A stretch of 64,000 nt of DNA. It comes from Vulcanimicrobiota bacterium (GTDB lineage: Bacteria > Vulcanimicrobiota > Xenobia > Xenobiales > JADMJV01). Every line of letters begins with the position of its first letter. Position 1 is the first letter of the stretch. The translations under genes were made by a program, and so were the position numbers. This document shows, in pieces, positions 12,242 to 20,560 of this stretch. The notes under the pieces are model-generated. The model made no database searches, was not told the DNA's origin, and saw nothing but the letters and a program-made list of their open reading frames with translations. The stretch spans positions 1,000,008-1,064,007 of the forward strand of contig JBFWNU010000001.1 in NCBI GenBank assembly GCA_050250895.1, given 5' to 3'.

Positions 12242-12899
12242 ATCGGTAGCCGACCCCTCGCACGGTGGTGATGCGGTCGATGGTCAGCTTGTCTCGCAGC
12301 CGGCCCACGGTCACATTGACCACTCTGGCCTCGCCCTCGTAGTCATAACCCCAGACCTTCTCGAGCAACTGCTCGCGGCTGAGCACCTGACCGCGATGCC
12401 GCATCAAGACCACCAGCAGGTCGAATTCGCGCGGTGAGAGTTCCAGTGGTTGACCGGCCAGCACCGTCTCGCGCCGGCCCAGGTCGACCTTGAGACCCTG
12501 GCTGACCAGCAAGCTGGTTTCGCCCCGACGGCGCTCGCGCCGCAAGTGAGCCTTGACGCGAGCCACCAGTTCGCGCGAGCTGAACGGTTTGGTCAGATAG
12601 TCATCGGCCCCCACTTCGAGGCCGACCACCCGGTCGATCTCTTCGTCCCGGGCGCTCAAGAGCAGAATCGGCTGGCTGTAGCCGTCGGCCCGCAAGGCCT
12701 GGCAAACCTCGAGGCCATCGAGTCCGGGCAGGTTGATGTCAAGCAAGATCAGCTCGGGGGGCGAGTTGCGCACCAGTTCGAGAGCTTTGGGACCGGTGTC
12801 GGCCGACCAAACGAGATAGCCGGCCTTCTCGAGCTGAAATCGCACAGCCTCGACCAACGCTTGTTCATCGTCGACGACCAGCACAGTGGCTCGCTGCAT
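12231..12899 (-). CDS. OmpR/PhoB-family response regulator
   Basis: VVDDE, LLDINLPGLDG, GADDYLTKPF and TVRGVGYR; start reassigned to ATG 12899. Confidence 0.95.
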   Translation of the reverse strand: MQRATVLVVDDEQALVEAVRFQLEKAGYLVWSADTGPKALELVRNSPPELILLDINLPGLDGLEVCQALRADGYSQPILLLSARDEEIDRVVGLEVGADDYLTKPFSSRELVARVKAHLRRERRRGETSLLVSQGLKVDLGRRETVLAGQPLELSPREFDLLVVLMRHRGQVLSREQLLEKVWGYDYEGEARVVNVTVGRLRDKLTIDRITTVRGVGYRFEE

Positions 12900-12927
12900 C
12901 GAGTCTATTTCGGTTCGTTGCCGTTTT

Positions 12928-12955
12928 GTGTCCTGCCCGTGTCCGGGTTGAGACC
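12928..12955. promoter_or_regulatory. Three direct repeats with an 11-bp period; candidate OmpR-family binding site
   Basis: GTGTCC (12928), GTGTCC (12939) and GAGACC (12950) in the 77-bp divergent intergenic region. Confidence 0.5.
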
Positions 12956-12976
12956 CGGTCGAGCTAGGCTGAGACC

Positions 12977-14380
12977 ATGACAAAACAACTCGAACACACT
13001 CTGACCAGCTTCCTGATGGCTTGCTGGTCATGGACCCTGGCCCACCCGGGTTTACTCCTGCTCCTGGTGGCCATCATCCTTTTGTGGCGACGCCTTGAAC
13101 CGCAGGCGGCCGCCCGGCTCCTTCGGTGGAGCGCCCTGACCGTGGTCCTGGTCGTGCTGGTCAAGCTGCTGGTGAGCGTGGGCTGGGCCACCCTCGACCG
13201 CTTCGACCAGAGTCGTAACGCGCTCTATTCGACGGGCCAGACCGATTCGGGCCAGGACACCATTCAATACGCACCTTCAGCCGCTGTCGAAGAGATCGCT
13301 ACTCGCCAGCAGAGTCTCTATTTCTCGCCCCGCGCCTTCGAGATGTCCGGGCTGGCCGCCTTACCCGGGTGGAACGGCCAGGATGTGGTCGAGTCGCCCT
13401 CGATCATCGACATCGAAGATCGCCTCGAGCAATCGGGTCAAACCACCTGGGTGCGTCGCAAACTGGTCTTCCGCAGCTATCTCGGGGTGCCCCTCGAGTT
13501 GAGCGACCTGAAACTGGACCTTCGCTTCGTGCCCGACTCGGTGGCGTATCAATCCCACTTCCAGGCGAGCTATCTATTCCACAATCCTCTCGACCGCAAA
13601 GCCCGGCTCCGTTTCAACTTTCCTTTGCCCCTCAATAGCGGAACCCTCAATGACTTCCAGATGACCGTCAATGGAGAGAAGTCGCCGGCCATCTGGGAAG
13701 GCGAGGTCGAGGCCGGTGGACAGGTCAAGGTCGAGGTTTCTTACCGCAACCGGGGCCGGCGTTCCTGGACCTATTCGCCCACCCAACAGCGGGCCAGCAT
13801 CGGGCAATTGACCCTGAAACTCACCTCTGACAACCAGGAGATCAAGTTTCGCCGAGACAGCCTCTTTCCCACCGACGGCAGCGCCGGCGATTGGCACTGG
13901 AAACTCTCCGACGTCATCACTTCGCAAGACATCAGCCTCTTCTTTCCCACCACCTCCAAACGCGAACGAATGGCCAGGGTGCTCGAGTTTGCCCCCCTGG
14001 GAATGGTGCTGCTGCTGGTGCTGGCGATGATGGTGAAAGAACACGACCCGGGTAGGTTGGCTTTGCTGGCCCTGACCTACGCCGGCTCGCTCGTGCTCAC
14101 CAGTTACCTCTGGACCTATCTGGGCTTCACCGCCGCCGTCACCCTCGGCGCCCTGGTGGGAGCCGGCGTCACCGCGGCCACCCAACAAAACCGTCTACTG
14201 GTGGCGGCCTTCGCACTGTGGCTCTGCTTCTGCTGGTCGGGGCAGACGGGGCTGCTGCTGACGGTGGCGGGATTGGGGGCTCTGACCTGGTGGGGACAAA
14301 CCGGCAATCTGGCGGTCAACTCTGGCAACAAACACGCCACCCAGGTCAGCTCCCCATCAGCCACGCTCGATAGTCTATAG
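12977..14380 (+). CDS. CreD-like inner membrane protein
   Basis: N-terminal TMs, a large beta-rich soluble domain and about 5-6 C-terminal TMs; divergent from the two-component pair. Confidence 0.55.
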   Translation: MTKQLEHTLTSFLMACWSWTLAHPGLLLLLVAIILLWRRLEPQAAARLLRWSALTVVLVVLVKLLVSVGWATLDRFDQSRNALYSTGQTDSGQDTIQYAPSAAVEEIATRQQSLYFSPRAFEMSGLAALPGWNGQDVVESPSIIDIEDRLEQSGQTTWVRRKLVFRSYLGVPLELSDLKLDLRFVPDSVAYQSHFQASYLFHNPLDRKARLRFNFPLPLNSGTLNDFQMTVNGEKSPAIWEGEVEAGGQVKVEVSYRNRGRRSWTYSPTQQRASIGQLTLKLTSDNQEIKFRRDSLFPTDGSAGDWHWKLSDVITSQDISLFFPTTSKRERMARVLEFAPLGMVLLLVLAMMVKEHDPGRLALLALTYAGSLVLTSYLWTYLGFTAAVTLGALVGAGVTAATQQNRLLVAAFALWLCFCWSGQTGLLLTVAGLGALTWWGQTGNLAVNSGNKHATQVSSPSATLDSL

Positions 14381-14440
14381 CCGCGGGTCTCTACTCGATT
14401 CGAGGGGTCCCGCGAGGATGCGTGGAAGACCACCTGAGCA

Positions 14441-15706
14441 GTGCCTAGATATCGTTATGTAGCCGTCGACCCTGAAGGGACGACGCACCGGGGCGAGGTC
14501 GATATCTCCGAGCTGGAAGCGGTGCTGGGACGAGCAGCGCGCGGCTGGAAGATCCTTGATGTCCAAGAAGTCGGGGGGGCGGCCTCACCAGCCGAGCGCC
14601 CGCGCCAGGCCAGCCCCTCCACTGCCTCCAGTTCTGTCTCTGCTGAACCAGAGACCCCGCCGTTCTGGGCTCGAAGCCGGGTGCCGTCGAGAGTGGTGGC
14701 GACCTTTCTGCAGCAACTCGGCATGGCCTTGAAGAATGGCGTTTCGCCGGGTCAGGCCATCCATCTGCTGGCCCAGGAGTCTGAGTTTCCTCAGTTCCAG
14801 CGAGTGGTCGAGCAGATCCTTGACGACATCACCATGCGGGGGCGCTCGCTTTATCTGGCCATGGCGCGCCACCCCAAGGTCTTTCCCGCCACCTGCTTGA
14901 TGCTGGTGCGCTCGGGCGAAGAAGGGGGCGATGTGGCCGGTCGCCTGGAGCGGGCGAGCGATCTCATCATGCGCTCCAGCGACCGCGAAAAAGAGGTGCG
15001 CCGCGCTCTCAGCGGCCCCATGGTCACCGCCTCGATGGGAATCGTCATGCTGTTCGCGGTGGTGCGCTTCGTGGTCCCCCAGATACTTCAGCTCTACAAC
15101 GACATGGATGCCGACTTGCCCTGGATCTCGAGGCTGTGCATCATGGTGGTTCACATCCTCAACCACCCCCTGACCCTGGTCGGTCTGGGCGTGACCGCCA
15201 TCGGAGTCTACGTCTTCCGGAGCACCCTGCGCGAGATGCTGTTCGAGACCGGTCTGTTGATCCCCGGAGTGGGCGAACTGCTCGGTAGCTTTCTCGGCTC
15301 GCAATTCTGCGAGGTGCTGGCCTACCTTTATCGCGACGGCATTCCCATCGGACGGGCCATCGGCATGCTCGAGAAAACCGCCGAGTTCAAGCTGCACGCC
15401 CGCTATTTGCGCCTGTGTCGCAAACGTCTCGAGAATTCGGGCAGCCTCAGCGAGGCCGTTTGCGAGATCCCCTATTTTCCGCGCATGCTCCACTCGCTGG
15501 CGGCGGTGGCCGAAGAGACTGGTAGCACCGACACTCTCTTCGCTACGGGCGCTCGCATGATGGAAGAAGAGGTCGAGCTGGTCTTGACGCAATTGGTGAC
15601 CATCATCGAGCCCGTCACCGTATGCGTCCTCGGAGTGGCCACCGGCTTCTTCTTTATCGGACTCTTCTTGCCCGTCTACGGGATTCTCTCCAAGCTCGGC
15701 GGCTGA
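14441..15706 (+). CDS. Type II secretion F / PilC-family platform protein
   Basis: MPRYRYVAVD...G start, two GspF repeats (GEEGG, AEETG), IIEP and FLPVY. Confidence 0.92.
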   Translation: MPRYRYVAVDPEGTTHRGEVDISELEAVLGRAARGWKILDVQEVGGAASPAERPRQASPSTASSSVSAEPETPPFWARSRVPSRVVATFLQQLGMALKNGVSPGQAIHLLAQESEFPQFQRVVEQILDDITMRGRSLYLAMARHPKVFPATCLMLVRSGEEGGDVAGRLERASDLIMRSSDREKEVRRALSGPMVTASMGIVMLFAVVRFVVPQILQLYNDMDADLPWISRLCIMVVHILNHPLTLVGLGVTAIGVYVFRSTLREMLFETGLLIPGVGELLGSFLGSQFCEVLAYLYRDGIPIGRAIGMLEKTAEFKLHARYLRLCRKRLENSGSLSEAVCEIPYFPRMLHSLAAVAEETGSTDTLFATGARMMEEEVELVLTQLVTIIEPVTVCVLGVATGFFFIGLFLPVYGILSKLGG

Positions 15707-15743
15707 CGAAGGAACCGGCTTTCGGTCTGCCAAAGCCATTCGG

Positions 15744-18104
15744 GTGGAAGCCGACATTCGCATTCTGGTGCTCGAAGACGATGCGGTCATGCGCGAGACT
15801 TTGCGAGAGGCCCTCGAAGAAGAGGGTTATCAAGTCGAGGCCGTAGCCTCGGGTGTGAAGGCCATCGAACAAGCCCGCGGGTCGGCCTTCGACCTGATCG
15901 TAGCCGACGTTCGTATGGAAGGTATCGACGGCCTCGACACCATCGAGCAGGTGCGCGACATCGCACCCGGCATTCGCAGCCTCGTGGTGACCGGCTACTG
16001 CAACGAGGCCGACACCATTCGCGCTCTCAAGTTGGGGGTGGGAGACTACATTCAAAAGCCGTTCCAGCTTCAGGACTTTCTCGACTCGGTCCGCCGACAA
16101 GTGCTGCAAAAGAAAGTCGATAGCGAGCGCCAGGCCGACCGCCAGGCTTTTGCCCGGGCCCTGCGCCTGGCTCTCGAGGCGCGCGCCCGCCTGTACGACC
16201 TCGAAGTCGGCGGGTGCTATCCCAAGGTCGAGGGGCTGCAGAAGCTGGGCCCCTGGGCGCGAGCCCTGGCCCAAGAATCGGGCTTGAGCGACGAAGAGTG
16301 CCTCAGGGTCGAGATCCTGGCCTATCTGCGGGGGCTCGAGAGCCAGCAGCCCGACTTCTCGCTCGAGGGCCTGGAGGACTCTCTCGACGAGAACACCCGG
16401 GCCGCTCTGGGCCAACTTCGCCACGCTTCGCCCGAACTGGTACAGGCCCAACTGGCAGCCGCCATCCTGGCTTTCGGAGCCCTCGAGGAAGCCGACGCCG
16501 AAAGCTTGCTAGAAAGCGCCATTCCTCCCCTTTGGGTCGAGAGCTTGCAGCGTCTGGAAAGCGAGGGACCAAACCAGACCCAGCCTCGCCGGGGCGGACA
16601 GTCCGGCTCGCGCCGCCGGGGTCTGCTGGCCCTGGGTCAGGCCCTGGAGGGCCGCGGCGACGGCGACGGGGCGGCCACCGCCTATCAGGCCGTGATCAAA
16701 GAATCGGAAGAAGGCGCCGAGACCATCGAGGCCCGTCTGGGCCTGGCTCGCCTGGCCCGCCAATCCGGCCAGCGCCTTGAGGCCCTGGAGGAGGCCCGCC
16801 GGGCGGTCGAGAGCGCCGCCCGCCAGGGACCCAACAGTCTGGCCCTGACGCAGGTCGAGGCTGCCTTTCTGGCTTTCGAGCAAGACCGGCAATGGGCTGT
16901 CGACCAGTTGACCCGGGCCCGGGCCGGCTTCGAAAAATTCGGCCAGGCGGCCGGACTGGCCAAGGTGGATCTGGCCCTGTGGGTGGCCCGTGGCGACGGC
17001 CAGGCCGCTCCCGGCGAGGCCCTGCGCCGCCTGACCCTGCCGCTCAACAGTGATGAACTTGCACTGTGTGCCCGCTGGCTGGCGCCCCAACTGCTGGAAC
17101 GGTGTCCCGACCAGAGCGAGGCCGAGCAGGCTCTTTTTCAGATTGCCCGGCTCTTTCCCGGAGAGCTACAACGCATGTTGCACCGGCGCCAACTCTCGGC
17201 CGGGGCCCGGGCTAACCTGGTGCCGGTGCTGGCCCGGGCCGGCGGGGCGGCGGCCGCTGGCCTGCTCGAACTGCTCAGCCAGGATGGCGACCCCGACGTG
17301 CTAGCCGCCCTCCAGCGCCACAAGCCGGGGGCTGAATCGGGGCTGCCGCTAATCCGCCTGTATACGCTGGGGGCTTTCGCCATCTATCGCGGTGAAGAGC
17401 GAATTCCCGACAAGACCTGGCGCCGCAAGAAGAACCGCCTGTTTCTGGCTCGGTTGGCGGCTGCCCCAGGAGCGGTCCCGGAAGACGTCTTGATCGAAGA
17501 GTTCTGGCCGGGCGATCCCGATAAGGGCCGGCAGAACATCTACTCGGCCACCTCGGTGGCCCGCAAGTGCCTGGCTCCTTCGGACGGCGAGCGGCTGGAA
17601 GTGGTCGATCGCTCGGGCCTGGGCCTGAGTTTGTCGACGCAAATCCCGCTCTGGCACGATCTCAGCGAAGTTCAGGGCGAATTCGAACAAGCCCGCCGCT
17701 GCCAGGATGCCGACCGGGTCCAGGAGAGCTATCCCCATCTCAAGCGCGTCCACAAGCTCTACCGAGGTCCCTATCTAGAGGGCTGCTTCATGGACTGGGC
17801 CGTCGACATCCGGCGCAACCTCGAGCACCTGCTGTTGCAGACCTTCGGCCGATTGTGCGGCTGGCTCGAAGAACAGCGCCGGGGCGACGAGCTCGGCGAG
17901 TTCTCGCGCTGGATGCTCGAGGTCGACCCCTGCTCGCAGCAGGCCCACGTATCGCTGATGCGCTCGCTACTGCTGGAGGAACGTCCTGAGGAGGCGGTCA
18001 GACATTTCGAGCGGGCTCGCTTGACGCTGGCCCGCGAACTGGCCATGGAACCCTCCATCGAGCTACTGCGCGAACACCAGCGCGCCCTGCTGAGCCTCGA
18101 CTAA
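15744..18104 (+). CDS. Response regulator: REC + TPR/HEAT-like helices + SARP/BTAD domain
   Basis: LEDD...ADVRMEG...KPF; C-terminal LYTLGAF, EEFWP, LYRGPYLEG and EPSIEL. Confidence 0.85.
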   Translation: MEADIRILVLEDDAVMRETLREALEEEGYQVEAVASGVKAIEQARGSAFDLIVADVRMEGIDGLDTIEQVRDIAPGIRSLVVTGYCNEADTIRALKLGVGDYIQKPFQLQDFLDSVRRQVLQKKVDSERQADRQAFARALRLALEARARLYDLEVGGCYPKVEGLQKLGPWARALAQESGLSDEECLRVEILAYLRGLESQQPDFSLEGLEDSLDENTRAALGQLRHASPELVQAQLAAAILAFGALEEADAESLLESAIPPLWVESLQRLESEGPNQTQPRRGGQSGSRRRGLLALGQALEGRGDGDGAATAYQAVIKESEEGAETIEARLGLARLARQSGQRLEALEEARRAVESAARQGPNSLALTQVEAAFLAFEQDRQWAVDQLTRARAGFEKFGQAAGLAKVDLALWVARGDGQAAPGEALRRLTLPLNSDELALCARWLAPQLLERCPDQSEAEQALFQIARLFPGELQRMLHRRQLSAGARANLVPVLARAGGAAAAGLLELLSQDGDPDVLAALQRHKPGAESGLPLIRLYTLGAFAIYRGEERIPDKTWRRKKNRLFLARLAAAPGAVPEDVLIEEFWPGDPDKGRQNIYSATSVARKCLAPSDGERLEVVDRSGLGLSLSTQIPLWHDLSEVQGEFEQARRCQDADRVQESYPHLKRVHKLYRGPYLEGCFMDWAVDIRRNLEHLLLQTFGRLCGWLEEQRRGDELGEFSRWMLEVDPCSQQAHVSLMRSLLLEERPEEAVRHFERARLTLARELAMEPSIELLREHQRALLSLD

Positions 18105-18108
18105 GGGC

Positions 18109-18801
18109 TTAGGGCAGGCTGGTCAGCCAGTTGCCCAGAGCAGTGATTTCGGCGTCGGAAATGGAGTTGGCGGGATTGTTGACCGGGTCATAGAGAGGAT
18201 CGGTCTCTTCGAAATAGATTTGCATGGCCCCGTAAGTCCCGCCGTAGTTGTCGACCAGCGCCGGGTCGCGAACGGACTGCTCGACGTAGGCGTCGGGGGC
18301 CAATCCTCCGGTCCAACCGGCGGGTCGCGAGCCGATGCCGGTCAGAGGCACCAAACCGGGAGCGTCGGCATAGCCCATCGAGGGCAAGGAGTGGCAACTC
18401 CAACAAGCCAGGCGTTCGAATGCCGCCTGGCCGGGGTCCTTGGGTGGCAGCTTGCTGCGCAAAAAGCGAGTATTCCGCGTCCCGTGAGTGGTGTGTCTAA
18501 CCTCGACCTCGACCACCGTCAAGTTAGGGTCGCTGCCGAAATTTGGCTGGGTGGTCACGTTATAGGAATACTCGTTGGCGGGGGGGTCGAAAAAGCCGGA
18601 GGAGGGCCCGACGCTGGGAAAGGGAGCCGTCAGCAGTTCACTCACCTTTGAGTTACTGTAGGAGACCAGTTCTGAGGTCTGGCTCACGTTGGCCGTCTGG
18701 CGGGCTCCCAGGATAAAGAGGTTCATCACGAAGGCAGCCGTGATGAACATCAAAAACATCGCCAGCATCAACTCGGGAATGGTCAGACCGCGACGGCTCA
18801 T
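18109..18801 (-). CDS. PilV/GspI-like minor pilin fused to a class I cytochrome c domain
   Basis: Class III signal SRRG|LTIPE followed by a hydrophobic helix; C-terminal G..AF...CWSCH, YVEQSVRDP, GAM (distal Met candidate) and ISDAEITALGNWL. Confidence 0.85.
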   Translation of the reverse strand: MSRRGLTIPELMLAMFLMFITAAFVMNLFILGARQTANVSQTSELVSYSNSKVSELLTAPFPSVGPSSGFFDPPANEYSYNVTTQPNFGSDPNLTVVEVEVRHTTHGTRNTRFLRSKLPPKDPGQAAFERLACWSCHSLPSMGYADAPGLVPLTGIGSRPAGWTGGLAPDAYVEQSVRDPALVDNYGGTYGAMQIYFEETDPLYDPVNNPANSISDAEITALGNWLTSLP

Positions 18802-19406
18802 ATCGGTTTGTTGACTCCGATCTCCAGCACCACTGGCTTGCCGATCTGATTGACGTAAAGCTCACAGCGCACCACATCGGCACCGCCGACGACCTGGCGC
18901 GAAACCAGAAACTCGCGCACGTCGCGCACCAGGATCTTGCCGGTGGGCAACTGCGAGGGTAGCGGACTCAAACTATAACTGTCATAGACCATCTTGCGCA
19001 GGCTTCCCGGAGAGGTGGCTGTGGCCGGGACGAACCAGTAGCCCGTGATGATCGAATCGGGGAAACCCGGATAGCCCTCGCGACGATGCCATCCGCTGAT
19101 GCGAAACTCCTGAGTCACATCCGCCCGAGTCGGAGTCGAGGTCAGCGCCGTCGGGGGCAAGCCGAGGGAAAGGCTCAAAGCCGCCTGGGGGTCAGCCGTA
19201 CTCACGTCGCGGGCGATCTCGTCGAGAGCCATGGTGGCTTCGCGAACCGCTTGCACTTTCTCCGAAGAGCGGGCCTGGGTGCGAAATCCCAACACCAGGG
19301 CACGCCCCACCATGGTCATGAAGATGGCCATCAGAGCCCCGGCGACCAGGACCTCGATGAGACTGATACCGCGACTCTTAACGTTGATCATCGTAGAGCT
19401 TCGCAT
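18798..19406 (-). CDS. PilW/GspJ-like minor pilin
   Basis: KSRG|ISLIEVLVA prepilin motif and ALDEIARDV helix; ATGA overlap with the next gene. Confidence 0.85.
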   Translation of the reverse strand: MRSSTMINVKSRGISLIEVLVAGALMAIFMTMVGRALVLGFRTQARSSEKVQAVREATMALDEIARDVSTADPQAALSLSLGLPPTALTSTPTRADVTQEFRISGWHRREGYPGFPDSIITGYWFVPATATSPGSLRKMVYDSYSLSPLPSQLPTGKILVRDVREFLVSRQVVGGADVVRCELYVNQIGKPVVLEIGVNKPI

Positions 19407-19803
19407 ATCCTCCCAGCGGCATCACCAGACGCCGTTCGGTCACCACCGAACCGTCCTCGGCCAGGATTCGCCCCGTGACCGCATAAGTGTTGGGATCGCT
19501 CAGAGCCTCGATCTCGAACTCTTCGGTGGCCGACAAAGTCACCACCACGGGATTGCCCGGGGCCCCATAGATGGGGGCCGTGCGCGGGGTCTGGCGGTCG
19601 AGATAGTTGTAGTACTCGATGCCGGAGCGGGCCAGCGCCTGGGCTCTGGCCTCGGCTTGCTGGTGGCGTTGAAAACCCAGGTCTCGCTGAACATAGGTTA
19701 GAAAGCCTAGCCCTAGCAAGAGCAATAACGAGATCAGGCCGAGGGCCGTGATCAGGGCCGCGCCACGCGCCCCCCACTGGCTCTTCCCACGCATGCCTGT
19801 CAT
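19378..19803 (-). CDS. PilX/GspK-like minor pilin
   Basis: RG|AALITAL (no Glu5, typical of PilX/GspK) and A..LA.SG.EY. Confidence 0.8.
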   Translation of the reverse strand: MTGMRGKSQWGARGAALITALGLISLLLLLGLGFLTYVQRDLGFQRHQQAEARAQALARSGIEYYNYLDRQTPRTAPIYGAPGNPVVVTLSATEEFEIEALSDPNTYAVTGRILAEDGSVVTERRLVMPLGGYAKLYDDQR

Positions 19804-19876
19804 TTTATCAGATTCCCGTCGAATTTGCAGCCACCCCTAGACGGGACGGGGCCAACTGGATGTCAAAGCATGGGTT

Positions 19877-20560
19877 ATGCGATGGACCGCCTGGCTCCTA
19901 CTTTTGGCCGTGCTGACGGGCTGCTCTGGCGGCCCGGTCGAACAGCCCCAGAGCCGCGCGACTCCAGAGGCGGCGGTTACGGCGGGGCTCACCTCCGGCG
20001 GACCTGACCTGGCCCCCCTCCCCCCCGCGCCGGCCCACGGTGGGAGCGGCGGGGTCTCGCGGCCAGACGATCCTCCCATCGACTACCATTCCCCTCCGGT
20101 CGACTCGGCCCAGTTTCCGGCCGGCCAGCGCCCTGAGTCTGACCAGACGCCCCCTCCCAGCGAAGAGAGCCCCGAGCAGTGGCGCCAAAACCACAAGGTC
20201 CAGGCCCGGGGGCTGAAGGCCTATCCTGACCTGCTTGGCTATGACCAGGTCGTGGCCAAGTTTCCGCCCGGTTCGTCCATGGCCTCGGTGGTGCGGGGCG
20301 AGAAATTGTACACCAGCTATTGCAAGCAGTGTCACGGAACCGAAGGGTTGCCCGACAAGAAAAGCGAGCTGTTAGCCCGCTATCGCATGGCCGATCTGCG
20401 CCAGCCCCTGACCTACAAATTCGGTTCCGACGAGCGGGCTGTATACCGCAGCATCGCCTTCGGTGTGCCCAGCGCCCCGATGGGCTACTTCAAAGAGTTG
20501 CTGACCGACCAGGATATCTGGGATCTGGTCTACTACCTGCAGAGCAAGACCGGGGGCTAA
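19877..20560 (+). CDS. Lipoprotein mono-heme cytochrome c with Pro-rich linker
   Basis: Lipobox LTGC, about 80-aa Pro/Ser-rich linker, GEKLY...CKQCH, APMG and LTDQDIWDLVYYL. Confidence 0.9.
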   Translation: MRWTAWLLLLAVLTGCSGGPVEQPQSRATPEAAVTAGLTSGGPDLAPLPPAPAHGGSGGVSRPDDPPIDYHSPPVDSAQFPAGQRPESDQTPPPSEESPEQWRQNHKVQARGLKAYPDLLGYDQVVAKFPPGSSMASVVRGEKLYTSYCKQCHGTEGLPDKKSELLARYRMADLRQPLTYKFGSDERAVYRSIAFGVPSAPMGYFKELLTDQDIWDLVYYLQSKTGG

